Shown here piece after piece: positions 25,356 through 38,201 of a DNA stretch of 64,000 bases. Origin of the DNA: Octopus sinensis (taxonomy: Eukaryota); contig NC_043018.1 in the NCBI RefSeq assembly GCF_006345805.1, forward strand, positions 7,936,001 to 8,000,000. Reading direction: 5' to 3'. A program made the position numbers and the translations under genes. Under the pieces are notes generated by a model. That model searched no databases. It saw nothing but the letters and a program-made list of their open reading frames with translations, and was not told where the DNA came from. How positions within the stretch are numbered: the first letter of the stretch is position 1; every line of letters begins with the position of its first letter.

Positions 25356-26032
25356 TCTTTTACTCTTTTACTTGTTTCAGTCATTTGACTGCAGTCATGC
25401 TGGAGCACCACCTTTAATCGAACAACTCGACCCTGGGACTTATTCTTTTGTAAGCCCAGTACTTATTCTATCGGTCTCTTTTGCTGAACCGCTAAGTGAC
25501 GGGGACGTAAACACACCAGCATCGGTTGTCAAGCAATGCTAGGGGGACAAACACAGACACACAAACACACACACGCATATATATACATATATACGATGGG
25601 CTTCTTTCAGTTTCCGTCTACCAAATCCACTCACAAGGCTTTGGTCGGCCTGAGGCTATAGTAGAAGACACTTGCCCATGATGCCACGCAGTGGGACTGA
25701 ACCTGGAACCATGTGGTTGGTTAGCAAGCTACTTACCACACAGCCACTCCTGCGCCTATATATATGCATAAATGTAATTCTTTTCGTAAATAAATTGCAC
25801 TTCATATTCAAGGCTCTGATGAAGCTATAAGTTGTTACTCCATCACTCAACCACGAGTCCCCTGCATCTTATAGCAGAAACAGTTGTAAGCTAATGGACT
25901 TCATAAGATGATCATTTACTGCTTTGCCTTTTTATTTTCTTATGACTTGTAAAATATATAATTTCATTAATTCTTATCAAATTTTGTTAATTACTTCTTT
26001 ACTTTGTTTTATTCTTTTGTTTCTGTTTTCAG

Positions 26033-26065
26033 AGAAACTGTCCACATCTCCAGCCTTGTCCCCAC
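26033..26065 (+). CDS. Exon D1, 33-nt microexon: (E)KLSTSPALSP
   Basis: ttctgttttcag acceptor, gtacgt donor; symmetric phase 1-1 (an alternative gtatgt 4 nt downstream would break frame). Confidence 0.7.
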
Positions 26066-26602
26066 GTACGTATGTCCCTACTTCAATCAGTTATTGTTCT
26101 AATCTTTGATGAACAAAGGTGCTATCATGTGATACCATTAATACCTAGATAACAGGAGATATGTATGATATCAGAGATGTAGTTTTTTCTATAACATTTA
26201 AAAAACATTTTGCTACTATTTAAATGTTTACACTATATACCATGTCGACTTGTATGCTTGGTCATACAGTATATGTATACCCCAAGCCTTAAGTTAATTT
26301 GTGCTATAATAAAGAATCTTAATAAGTCAAAAGAAGGAAATGAAATGGAAGGGATGAGTTACAAAATAATTACCCTTATCTAAATCTGGATATACCAATC
26401 TGTATACATACTTTAGATTAATTTTATTCTAGGTGTAGGAGTGGCTGTCTGGTAAGTAGCTTGCTTACGAACCACATGGTTCTGGGTTCAGTCCCACTGC
26501 ATGGCATCTTGGGCAAGTGTCTTCTACTATAATCTCAGGCCGACTAAAACCTTGTGAGTGGATTTGGTAGACAGAAACTGAAAGAAGCCCGTCGTATATA
26601 TG

Positions 26603-26635
<33 letters not shown>

Positions 26636-27151
26636 GTTTGTGTCTGTGTTTGTCCCCCAACATCGCTTGACAACTGATGCTGGTGTGTTTACGTCCCCGT
26701 CACTTATTGGTTCGGCAAAAGAGACCGATAGAATAAGTACTAGGCTTACAAAGAATAAGTTCTGGGGTCGATTTGCTTGACTAAAGGTGGTGCTCCAGCA
26801 TGGCTACAGTCAAATGACTGAAACAAGTAAAAGAGTATTTATGGAAGGAGTCCTTTCTTTCATCCCTGACATAGGTGTTGGCTTTCTCATTGGTAATGCT
26901 TTTCCTAAATAAATTGCACTTCATATTCAAGGCTCTGATGAAGCTATAAGTTGTTACTCCATCACTCAACCACGAGTCCCCTGCATCTTATAGCAGAAAC
27001 AGTTGTAAGCTAATGGACTTCATAAGATGATCATTTACTGCTTTGCCTTTTTATTTTCTTATGACTTGTAAAATATATAATTTCATTAATTCTTATCAAA
27101 TTTTGTTAATTACTTCTTTACTTTGTTTTATTCTTTTGTTTCTGTTTTCAG

Positions 27152-27184
27152 AGAAACTGTCCACATCTCCAGCCCTGCCCCCAC
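27152..27184 (+). CDS. Exon D2, 33-nt microexon: (Q)KLSTSPALPP; tandem paralog of D1
   Basis: Same splice sites as D1, two substitutions in the exon. Confidence 0.7.
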
Positions 27185-27692
27185 GTACGTATGTCCCTAC
27201 TTCAATCAGTTATTGTTCTAATCTTTGATGAACAATGGTACTATCATGTGAGACCATTAATACTTAGATAACAGGAGATATGTATGATATCAGAGATGTA
27301 GTTTTTTCTATAACATTTATAAAAAATTTTGCTAATATTTGAATGTTTACACTATATACCATGTCGACTTGTATGCTTGAACATACAATATATGTATACC
27401 CCAAGCCTTAAGTTTATTTGTGCTATAATAAAAACTCTTAATAAGTCAAAAGAAGGAAGTGAAATGGAAGAGATAAGTTACAAAATGATTAGCCTTATCT
27501 AAATCTTTACACATACTTTAAAATAAATCTTATTCTGTTTATGGAAGGAGACCTTGACTTTCATCTCTGACTCACTTGTATTCACAATGGTTGTAGATTA
27601 AATGTTCAGTGAGTTACAACAAATGAGGATATAATGCTGTGAAGATAGAAACAAGTGATATTTCTCAATGTGATAAAAAGCAAAATGATTAA

Positions 27693-28501
27693 ACCTTTAG
27701 CATTCAGATCATTCTGTCAAATGTTAAGCTTATTTATTTACTTCATTTGGAATTAATCATGCATTTTCTTGTGTCTCCAAAATTTTGATGATGTCATTAC
27801 CATCATCATCATTTAGTGTCTGCTCTTCATGATGTTATGGGTTAGACCAGGGGTCCTCGACCAATTTTTATCTATGGACCCCTTTGATTGTTATTTTATT
27901 CTGATGTTCTCCCATAGACATTCAATGCTTAAAATCTAGTTTTATAGAAACTTCTTTCGAAATTCCTATTTCGTTTTTCACACATTAACTCGTGTAAGTC
28001 GAACTATGGAAAACATTAGAGAAAGAAACCTATCTCTTTCTTGCAATACCCACCAACACAAACATCTAAATCAAAATTTTTTCATGAGGCCTCAAAATAG
28101 TATTGTGGATCCCCAATTTATTATTTTGTTGTGTAGACCCCATAAAATCTTATATGGACTCTCAGGGGCCATACAGACCTCAGTCAAGAACCATTGGGTT
28201 AGCTGGTTTGACTGAAACTGATAAGCTGGAGAACTGTACCATGTTCCAATCTGATTTGGCTTGGTTTCTATGGCTGAATGTCCTTCCTAATGCCAATCAC
28301 TCCAAGAGTTTAGTGGGTGCCTTTTACGTATCACTAGCACCAGCCACAACTGCAATTTCACTTGGCTTGATGAGTTTTCTCAAGCACAGCAAATCACCAA
28401 AGGTCCTGATCACTTGTCATCGCCTCCGTAAGACCGAAATTTTTAGAATGACATTAGATAGAATATTTTGGGCAAATATGGTCGGTTTAAATGCTAAAAG
28501 G
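27693..28501. mobile_element. TTAA-flanked piggyBac-like MITE with nested hAT MITE and RTE-UTR fragment
   Basis: ttaa|acctttagcatt ... aatgctaaaagg|ttaa. Confidence 0.6.
27848..28196. mobile_element. hAT-type MITE
   Basis: caggggtcctcgac / gtcaagaaccattg ends; 8-bp flanks ggttagac / ggttagct. Confidence 0.65.
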
Positions 28502-28559
28502 TTAAGGTATTGTTGTAAGGAAATTTGAGTGTGTGCCAATATGAATATGTTGGCATGAG

Positions 28560-29445
28560 AATGTTTTATGCCATATTGTATTTCATTCCCCCACCCTGAA
28601 CTGATATTTCCCATCGTACTTCACCTTCATCTCTTATTACATTCACCTTTACCTCCATTTCTAACCATCTCTTATTCTCCGCTCATGCTCATATAGCCCA
28701 CCCACCCACTCTCCTTTTCCCCCTCCCCTGTCTATATCTTGCCTTGCACACTGAGGGGTTGCTATGATACTCCATCACTACCAACCCATTTTCTTCCCAG
28801 CTATTCCTACCCACCCATTATATAATGCAGGGTAGCCATCTATCATCTTTGTAATAAAGCATCTGTAGTTGTTTATAATTTTAACCTTTAAAGGTATTTT
28901 TTAATATGCTGGCCATTGCTAAAAAATTTTTTCGAAAAAATTTTATCCTACATTAAATATAAATTTAATAGTGTTCACTTCCGGACTCTTTCACTCTGTG
29001 AGATCCTCAGTTCGAATCGCACGTATCTTGAATGGGCTGGAGTATTTCTGTTTTGGATTTATTTGGGGTACTTAATTGTGCTCATGACTTAGTGTTTTGC
29101 TTCTTCCATGGGTATGAGTAAGTATCTCATTTATTTCTTTTGCCACATTTATCACTGACGAAGGGAGGGTTCTTATGAACTAACCCTGAAATCGGTCCGA
29201 TATGGTAATAATGGAATTTTTTGGAAATTTCTGTCAGCCTTTTTTTCGAGTAGCGTGCATATTGTAAAAAATTATATGGTTATGGACAATATGTCCAATT
29301 TTCGGCATATGTGGCATTAGAAATTTTTTCGTTTGCCCTTATTTATAAGTTGTTTATAATTTTAACCTTTAAAGGTATTTTTTAATATGCTGGCCATTGA
29401 TAAAATTTTCTTTCAGAAAAATTTTAACCTACATTAAATATATAT
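28560..29445 (+). mobile_element. Penelope-type 3' end/partial tandem pLTR with hammerhead (copy ~49980-50870)
   Basis: ~95-nt direct repeat at 28867 and 29348 (period 481) brackets the hammerhead; ends in (TA)n. Confidence 0.6.
29150..29202 (+). ncRNA. Type I hammerhead ribozyme motif in Penelope-type 3' fragment
   Basis: UAUCA-CUGACGA-AGGG..GUUC uuau GAAC..CCCU-GAAA-UCGG-UC-CGAUA; stem I has one core-proximal A:C mismatch. Confidence 0.7.
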
Positions 29446-29809
29446 ATATATATATTATCATTATCATCATTGTTTAATGTCTGCTTACAATACTGGCATG
29501 GGTTGGACAGTTTTACAAGAGCCAACCAGGTAGAAGACTACCCCAGGCTACTGTGTCTATTTTGGCATGGTTTTTACAGCTGGATGCCCTTCCAACTGTC
29601 AACCACTTCACAATGTGGACTGGATGCATTTTAAGTGGCACCAGCACCAGAAAGGTCACCAACTAACTTGCAAGGCAAGAGGGGAAGGGGCATTGGAAGA
29701 GGTGATCTTGTGTCAGATGATGAAAGGTGAGAGTGTGATGGAGAGACAGAAACAGGTGTCTTGCTAAAGAGGAGGAGGTGATCATGTATCAGATTATGAA
29801 AGGTTAGAG

Positions 29810-30009
29810 CAGTGGTTTTCAACCAGGGTTCTGCCAGTACAGTCCAGGGGTTCCGCAAGAAGTTACAAAACTGCTAAAATCGGCAGTAATTTTAAATTCT
29901 CCTCTGCAGGTATGTGTGCATAAAACTATTAAATTATTGCACAGGGGTTCCCCGAGCCAGGGAATGCTTCCTTGGGGTTCCGCTCCAGCAAAAAGTTTGA
30001 AAAGCACTG
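29810..30009. mobile_element. hAT-type MITE, 200 bp (copy 51230-51428)
   Basis: TIR cagtggttttcaacc / gtttgaaaagcactg; perfect 8-bp TSD ggttagag. Confidence 0.85.
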
Positions 30010-30119
30010 GGTTAGAGTGTGACAGAAAGTGTATATTTATATATCTATTAGTGTATATCAGGGTAAATCTTTCTGCAGTGATAAGAATTTTTTTCTTTTG
30101 TCTGATCTCCATTTATCTC

Positions 30120-30388
30120 ATGGTTGTAGGAAATTTCACCGTAAGCAGTTTTACTGTAGGAAAAATTCACTGTAAAAAAAAAATAAATAAATTGCAAAAG
30201 AAAAAATTACAATGGTAACTTCATCAACAAACCTACTAACTGGAAAAAAGTCATTTCTTTATAATGAGTTTTCTTATTTTTAGTGTGACTCTTTTATGAC
30301 AAAACTTCTTACGGCAAATTTTCCCATGGCAAATTTTTTACAGTGGATTCCCACAGAAAATTGCTTACGGAGAATTTTCCAGACACGT
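30120..30388. mobile_element. Foldback/MULE-like MITE with ~15-bp subrepeats in its inverted arms
   Basis: ggaaatttcaccgtaagcagttttactgtaggaaaattcactgtaaaaaa resembles the reverse complement of the right arm (ggaaaattctccgtaagcaattttctgtgggaatccactgtaaaaaa). Confidence 0.55.
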
Positions 30389-31554
30389 TCACCTACTAAG
30401 TCAGACACAAACTGATAACTTAGTGTTTTGTCAATAACCTACTTGGTATGAATGTACTTGACTTTATATACCTCATCACCGTAGTTACAAATTAAGTTAC
30501 ATCCTTTTGAGTTAACAAATTTGTTTGTTTTGTTTTTTTTATGGCTTTTTAGCAATTATTTTTTCTGTTATTTTTCTAAGCAAGATACTATAGCAACTTG
30601 CACACACACACACACACACACACACATTTTAAACTGTTGAACCAAATTCCAAAGAAACGACCAACTTTCTGATGGGCAAACCTTGACTCCTCATCACACC
30701 TAAAACCACTGGCCCCTATCTCCAATTCTTCTATTTGTATTGCAATGATTCCTGATGCTCTGAAATAACATGCTTCCCCTACTAAGACTAACCAAGACTA
30801 ACCATTATACTCTATGTTAAAAAAATTATTGATTCTTTATCTTGCATTTTGTGAACTAATAGCACTATTGATTACAGGTTTTCAATGGATCAATCACTGA
30901 TCCAATACATTTGTGACAGCAAGACACTAACAAGGGTGGAGTTGGTAGTTTACTTCTGTTTGGTGCCTGATGCCAAAAATCAAAGAAGTTACATGGGAGA
31001 TGGGATTGAAAAGACTAAACACAAAGACTTAACGTTTTCATTAAACCCTTTGATTTTTTTTTGCACTTCCTCTTGAAAAGGAAGTAAAGGTGGGGTGGGG
31101 GCTGGAAAATGGCAATGATATAATAATGAATTTATTTATGCAGTGCTCAGGTGCTGTACTACAACTCATCAGAAAAAGTAACCAAAACTGCATGAACGGT
31201 ACGTAGAATATGCACAGGAAGTAAACAATGAATGAGTCGTTTAGAAAACAAAAAAGGACAAAAAAAAAAAAAGAACAGGTGTACTGTTGGTGATGATGGT
31301 GATGATGATGATGATGATGATGACAAAGACAGCAGCACCAACAAAAGCAACTTCAGTGATTGATTCTCAGAAAGGCAAGAGGCCAGAAATAAGTGGCAGG
31401 GAGAGTAACAGTCAATTAGATCACCCTCAGTATGTGACTGGTACATTATTTATTTACTCTGAAAGAATGAAGGGCAAAGTTGATCTTGGTAGGCTGTAAT
31501 TTTAAATATGCTAAATATTTTGTTGGACATTGTAAAGATTTGACCAATCTAATA

Positions 31555-31935
31555 CAGTGGTGGTGGTGGTGGTGGTGGCAGTAGTAGTGGTAGTAGTAAC
31601 GGCAGCAGCATAGTTGTAGTAGTAGTAGTAGTAGTAGTAACAGCAGCAGCATAGTAGTAGTAGTAGTAACAGCAGCAGCAGCAGCCGTTCAAGGATTTTG
31701 ACCTGGAGATTTCCATTTCCAGCAACTTCGAGGGGCCACCTCCCAGTGGTGTTGGGCGTCAACAAAGAGCCCTCGACTACAACAAGACGACCAAAGTTTT
31801 TTTTTTCTTCCAAGGTCTGGTGTCTCCCGCCCCTAAGCCCTAGACCATCACCTAATCACCCTTACCCGCCTTGTTGCTTAACAACAACAGCAGCAGCAGT
31901 AGCAGTAGTAGTTGTAGTAATAGTAGTAGTGCTCT
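31555..31935. repeat. Mixed (TGG)n/(TAG)n/(CAG)n trinucleotide repeats (copy ~52975-53355)
   Basis: Direct reading. Confidence 0.9.
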
Positions 31936-32650
31936 CTCCAAGCAAATTCGTTACAAAGTAGATGAGAATGGTGAAAATAGAAAGGAGACCAGTTGAGAAA
32001 AAGACAGAGAGAATTTGCCGTCCTTGATGAGGATAATATTGAACTTGTGAGATTCCTTCATTGACACTAGGTGGAAGTTCTTCATCAGAAACCCTGTATC
32101 ATCATTTATTCGTAATATTGTGCAATACGTTTTTACCTCGTTTGATTTTTGTCGCTTGATATTTGTGTAACCCTCCACACTTGGTGCGTTTGTGGCGAAT
32201 AAAAGAAACCATCATCACCACCACCACCTACCTCCACTATTACTGTGGCCACCACTACCATAAAGCACTGCCTCCTAACCTCACCACCCATCACCACCAC
32301 CATCACCATTGTCCTCCTACGTCTCCCCAAGTTGCTCAGGTCATCAACATCAGTTTACACTTATTTCTTTCATAATTTTCTCCACCAAAATTTAGACATT
32401 TTTGGAGAGAGAACAGAGGATTAAAAACATTTGGATGTTTCTCTTAATGAGGGGAGGCACAGTTATTTTTTTCCTATTGTCTATATCTAAAGGCTAAATG
32501 TTGTTTTAAAAAAACATCAACAAATTTGTTTTTTGATTCAGGAAGACTGGAAGATTGTTAGGAAGCAGCTATGATAGCCATGAATGCAGTTAATAAGGAA
32601 CTAAAGTAGTTATAAGTAACACATATACATAGAACCTATTTAAATTTCCA

Positions 32651-33212
32651 TCACCAGTCTGGAACCCCTATCTTGCCCAGGATATTAATCATCTGGAAAC
32701 CGTTCAGTGACGTGCAACAAAGAGTATACCCTCCATCAGGCATTTGCCTTATTCTGAATGCCTTACTTCCCTGGGCATGGACACATTGAAACTCCAATGT
32801 CTGGCAGCTGACTTGGCAGACACCCATAAAATTATTAACCATCTTACAAACAATAACTCTGAGCACCTTTTCAAACTCCACCCGTCGGCATATTTACAAA
32901 GTCAGAAAACAGCACAGCTCCCATGACTTTCGGAAACATTTTTTCACGCTAAGAGTTTCTGAAGCATGGAACAAACTGCCAGCATCAGTTGTTTGTTGTC
33001 GGAGCACTGCATCCTTCAAAACTTCCATGCTTCCTGAGATTCGCCAAAACTACACCTGATTTTCTCCCCTCCATACACACACAAGCATGTATCTGACTCA
33101 TACACTGTTCACTTCCCAGACATTTGTACATTACTGCATATGCTTTATACGCACTTTCTGACAAGTTGTGGTGCACCTGAGCACTGTATACAATAATTTC
33201 ATTATTATTATT
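32651..33212 (+). mobile_element. CR1/L2-group LINE 3' fragment (copy 54070-54631)
   Basis: Same family as 16478-17075. Confidence 0.85.
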
Positions 33213-33939
33213 AAAATTTTGGCCCTGTTACTATGGAAGAGATTCATCATCATCATTGTTGTTGTTGTCGTCATCACTGCCGCCATCATCATCATCATCA
33301 TTTAACGTTCTTGCTTCCATGCTGGCATGAGTCAGATGGAATTTTTGTGGGCATGAATTTCTACAGCTGGGTGCCTTTCCTGACACCAACCCTCACTTGT
33401 CTCCAAGCGATGTAATATTTCCTCATGTTTCTCAGGGCAAACTGGAAAAGAACTACATCGCTTGTATAAAGGTGACATCTCATAATGTCAGCCATCTAAC
33501 ATTATGTCAAGATCAGAGTCAAAAAAGGTAAAAAAGGTAAAGACCCCTTTTGGTCAGGAATGATCATGGGACTACACCTAAAAAGTTCCCGTCTGAGGCA
33601 CAAGTCTGGGCAAGGTTGTTTATGGAAGACCAGCAGCTGCCCACACATATCAACCACTCCATGCCACTGATGTTATCCAAGGGAAAGGCAAAGGCCAATA
33701 CAACTTGGCATCAGTGACATTGCAACTCATTTCTACAGCTAACATGAATTAAAGTGTCTTGCTCAAGAACACAACACTCGGCTCAGTCTGAGAATCAAAC
33801 TCACCACCACATGATTGTGAGCCTGACACTTTAACCACTGAGCTATGTGCCTTCACATAAAAGCACTGCCTATCAAGACAAGAGTATACACCAATATGCG
33901 ATGGGCTTCTTTCAGTTACCATCTATCATATCCACTTAA

Positions 33940-34165
33940 GTGGAGGCACGTGGCTTAGAGTGCTGGTCTCATGATTGCAGGATTGTGGTTTCTGTTCCTG
34001 GACAAGGCAATGCGTTGTGTTCTTGAGCAAAACACTTCATTTCATGTTGCTCCAGTCCACTCAGCTGGCAAAAATGAGTAATCCTGCTATGGACCAGCAC
34101 CCCATATGGAAACTTGGAAACCAGGCTTTATGAGTTGGTATGACTCGAGAAGGTAACTTTACCTT
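33940..34165 (+). mobile_element. SINE with 15-bp TSD
   Basis: tcatatccacttaag on both sides; the paralogous site at ~43233 (tcatatccgcttaag) is empty. Confidence 0.75.
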
Positions 34166-34375
34166 TTCATATCCACTTAAGATACTGTAGACAACTTGAA
34201 GCTACAACAGAAGATGCTTATCCAATGTGTTACACAGTGAGACTGAACCTGAGACCACCTGTTTGGGAAGTAAACTTCTTAACCACACAGCCATGCCTGC
34301 ATCAATGTAAGAAATTATGAATTTTAAATTAATTATGTAATAATTAAAATTATCATTTTCAATTTATGTTCACAG

Positions 34376-34470
34376 GTAACAACATAATACCACCTCCAAT
34401 TCCTCCAATACGTAAAAAAGATAGCCAGCACATAACGAGGGAACAGAATAAATTTAGTTCAGAGGCAAAT
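34376..34470 (+). CDS. Exon E1 (95 nt): (R)NNIIPPPIPPIRKKDSQHITREQNKFSSEAN
   Basis: tttatgttcacag acceptor, aat|gtaagt donor; phase 1 to 0; PxxPxR motif. Confidence 0.85.
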
Positions 34471-34624
34471 GTAAGTTTATTTATGGTTGTTGTAGTTTTT
34501 GTTCAGCCCTGGTCAGCTCTGATAGAGAAGATTAAGGACCAAAGATATTCCAGCCATGACTGCTTCACCTTTTTCTGTACCCAGGATTTGAGTATTTAAT
34601 ACATCCTTCCTTTTTCACGACAAT

Positions 34625-34975
34625 CGGTTGTGATTTTGGACAATAGGGTGTGATTTTGTTTCTTATTTCTAGCACATCAAACAACCACATTATACTGTCC
34701 TCATCCAAATGCAGCACATGTTTTCACCGGTGCAGTCTTCTTTCTTGCGCACTACGCTTGATTCCTTTTATGCTCAGGTTTTCTTTCAGCATATTTATGC
34801 TACGTTGTTCATGTACGTTAACATTGCACATCAAACAAATCAAGCTCACTTTATTTCTTTCCAGTCTTCTCATGCCCTCTGCATTCAAGGCCCATGTCTC
34901 ACTACCATGCAGCACTGCAGTTCTAAACACAAGCCTCATACAATCTGCCGTTAACTTTTAGAGAAATCCTTTGTT
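34625..34975 (-). mobile_element. RTE-clade LINE fragment (copy ~56040-56395)
   Basis: VLHGSETWALNAEGMRRLERNKVSLICLMCNV...ERRLHR. Confidence 0.8.
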
Positions 34976-35616
34976 GCCAACAGGCTCCAGTCTTGATCTG
35001 GCAGAGTTTCTACAGCTGGATGCACTTCCTAACACCAACCACTCCAAGAGTGCAGTGGGTGGTTTTATGTTCCACTAGCACGAGGGCCAATCAGGCGGTA
35101 CTTGCCTTGACATGAAATTTCCCGGTTTCCATAGGATAGATATTGCCCACCGGTATGAGGTGTCGGTCCATAGCAGGATTACTCAGTTTTGCCAGCTGAG
35201 TGGGCTGGAGCAACATGAAATTTGTTCGGCCCTTTTCTTACTCTGGTTACAATTCTTTCAGAGGAACTACCTCCCTTGTTAATTACATTTCCAAGGTAAC
35301 AAAAGCTTCCAACTACTTCTAGTGAGCCATCTGAGCGACTCAGAGAGTCTATTTCCTGAGTCTGCTTCCTGTATGCTCATAGTGTATCTACTGCTCCAGT
35401 ACATCTATCACATACAAAGTTTATGTTCTCTGCGAGTCTGTCTGTGACTCCATCATGTCACTCCTTCTGGAATCTTTGTTAGCAGCTATATGTAATCAAT
35501 AAGAATCAAAATGTATGAGTGGCTGTTCTCCCACTTTGTGGGCACACACGCACACACATAAATTGTTTATAATGAATGTGACACATGGTGTTGGTTAAAA
35601 AACCAACAGATATAGG

Positions 35617-35697
<81 letters not shown>

Positions 35698-37142
35698 GTA
35701 AGTGTGTGTGTATATGTTTGTGTGTGTCTGTGTTTGTCCTCCCAACATCGCTTGACAACCAGTGCTGGTGTGTTTACGTCCCCATAACTTATCGGTTCGG
35801 CAAAAGAGACCGATAGAATAAGTACTAGGCTTACAAAGAATAAGTCCTGGGGTCGATTTGCTCGACTAGAGGCAGTGCTCCAGCATGGCCACAGTCAAAT
35901 GACTGAAACAAGTAAAGAAAAAGAAAAGAATATGTACTATAGCAATGAAACAAAAAATCTGTTGCCACACCAGTTTTATATATCATCAACATCATCATAT
36001 AATGTCCGTTTTCCACGCTAGCATGGGTTGGACAGTTCAACCGGGGTCTGAGAAGCCAGGAGGCTGCACCAGGCTCCAGTCTGATCTGGCAGTGTTTCTA
36101 CAGCTGGATGCCCTTCCTAACGCCAACCACTCCGTGAGTGTAGTGGGTGCTTTTTACGTGCCACTGGCACAGGGGCCAGATGAGGCTGGCAAACGGCCAC
36201 GATCGGATGGTGCTTTTACATGTCACCGACACGGATACCAGTCAGGCGGCGCTGGCAACTAACACGTTTGGATGGTGCTTTTAACCTGTCACTGGCATGG
36301 GTATCTTAACTACAATTTCCATTTGATTTTCATTTTGATGTTGGTGTTAACGTACCTGACTCAACAGGTCTCCTCAAGAACAGCGGGTCACTCTATGATC
36401 CAAGGTTAGCACAGCAGGCCATCCTACGAGCCATGGACTCCCTTCATTTGTCGGGTCTTCAAAGTCACAGCATATCTCCAGAGGTCTCGGTCTTTCGTCA
36501 TAGCCTCTGTGAGGCTCAACATACGAAGGTCATACTTGACCACCTCATCCTCGTATTTTTTTACATACACGCACACATGCACATACATATTCACGCACAC
36601 ACACAGACACATAATTATGAGAGGAAAACACTAAGCATGAATTCAGTATTGCTTTTATTTCATCTGTTACACATGTTTCTGCAATTAATGTTTGATGATG
36701 GCAAATGATAAATGCAATTCATAAAGAACATTTGATCACACAGAGGCAAGGTGCCGCCAGTTTGATAATTTTGTCATGCACCTAACACAAGCATCTGTTT
36801 CCACTTTGTGTGTGTATATATGTATGTGTGTATATGCATGTCCTTTCTGTTTTAATCTTTTCATGTTTATACATACTGGAACATAAAAGTCAATGTGGAA
36901 CTCTTAAGAAAACAGTAGCAGTCATACATCTGTTTCTACACACATATACTATCTATATACATAATTCAAAGTCAGAGGGTAAGAAAGTAAAACCTTTGTC
37001 TATATATGTATATATATATATATATGCCGGTGGCACATAAAAAGCACCATTTGAGCGTGATCATTACCAGCATCGCTTTACTGGCACTTGTGCCAGTGGC
37101 ACATGAAGACAACATTCAAGCGAGGTCGTTGTCAGTGCCACT

Positions 37143-37450
37143 GTTGTTTGTTCCTTCTCAAGCCATGCCTGGCTCATAAGGGCCGGTTTCCTTGGCGTAT
37201 AGGTTCCCCACCTGGACGGGACGCCGGTCTGTCGCAGGTGAGCTCAAGATACAGGAGGAAAGAGAAAGAGAAAGTTGTGGCGAAAGAATCAGCAGACATT
37301 TCACCATTACCTTCTGCCGGAGCTGCATGGAGCTTAGGTGTTTCGCTCATAAACACACACATCGCCCGGCCTGAGATTCGAACCCGCGATCCCTCGACGA
37401 TCCTCTGGACGGGAGTCCGCTGCTCTAAACACTAGGCCATGTGCCTCCAC
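37143..37450 (-). mobile_element. CpG-rich (young) tRNA-derived SINE inserted in an RTE-UTR repeat (copy ~58555-58852)
   Basis: Head gtggaggcacatggcctagtg...gggttcgaatc; TSD tcagtgcc(a/g)ct. Confidence 0.75.
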
Positions 37451-38201
37451 TCAGTGCCGCTAGACTGGTTCCAGTGCAGGTGGCATGTAAAAAACCATTT
37501 GAGCATGGCCGTTGCCAGTACCGCCTGACTGGCCCTCATGCCGGTGGCGCGTAAAGCACCTGCTACACTCTCGGAGTGGTTGGTGTTAGGAAGGGCATCC
37601 GGCTGTAGAAACTCTGCCAAATCAAGATTGGAGCCTGGTGCAGCCATCTGGTTCACCAGACCTCAGTCAAATCGTCCAACCCATGCCAGCATGGAAAGCG
37701 GACATTAAACAATGATGATGATGATGATGATGATATATATATTATAAAATAATGAAGGTAACTAAACGCAATATAAACTAAAAAGGAAAAAATTCAATTG
37801 TCACTAATGGTGCAGGGTAGCACCTACATTGCTAGAAATAAAAGCTTTAAACCCTTAAAGCTGCAAGGAAACACTTTCCATAGATTGACAGGGGAGACAA
37901 TAGCGAGATCACTATACAAGTCTAGTTTTGTTTAAGATTAAAGCTCATCAGTGGTGACTATTCCATCGCTGGATGGTTTGGCTAAATCCTGACTGTCAGT
38001 GGTATATATATATATATATCATCATCATCATCATCATCGTTTAACGTCCGTTCTCCATGCTAGCATGGGTTGGACGGTTCGACCGGGGTTCTGGGAAGCC
38101 AGAAGGCTGCACCAGGCTCCAGTCTAATCTGGCAATGTTTCTACAGCTGGATGCCCTTCCTAACATATATATATATATGTATATATTGTCATCATCATAA
38201 A

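Larger units (their letters stand above)
25775..27540 (+). repeat. ~1.12 kb tandem duplication carrying microexon D (about 25790-26420 vs 26910-27540)
   Basis: Duplicate ORF-track entries 25924/27043; intron sequence around both exons is highly similar. Confidence 0.9.

Noticed and set aside
30878-31076. Possible exon or ORF after ttgattacag
   Set aside because: The frame required by exon D2 stops after six codons; no polypyrimidine tract; no recognisable homology
31287-32375. Poly-L/H/T/M ORFs
   Set aside because: Trinucleotide microsatellites
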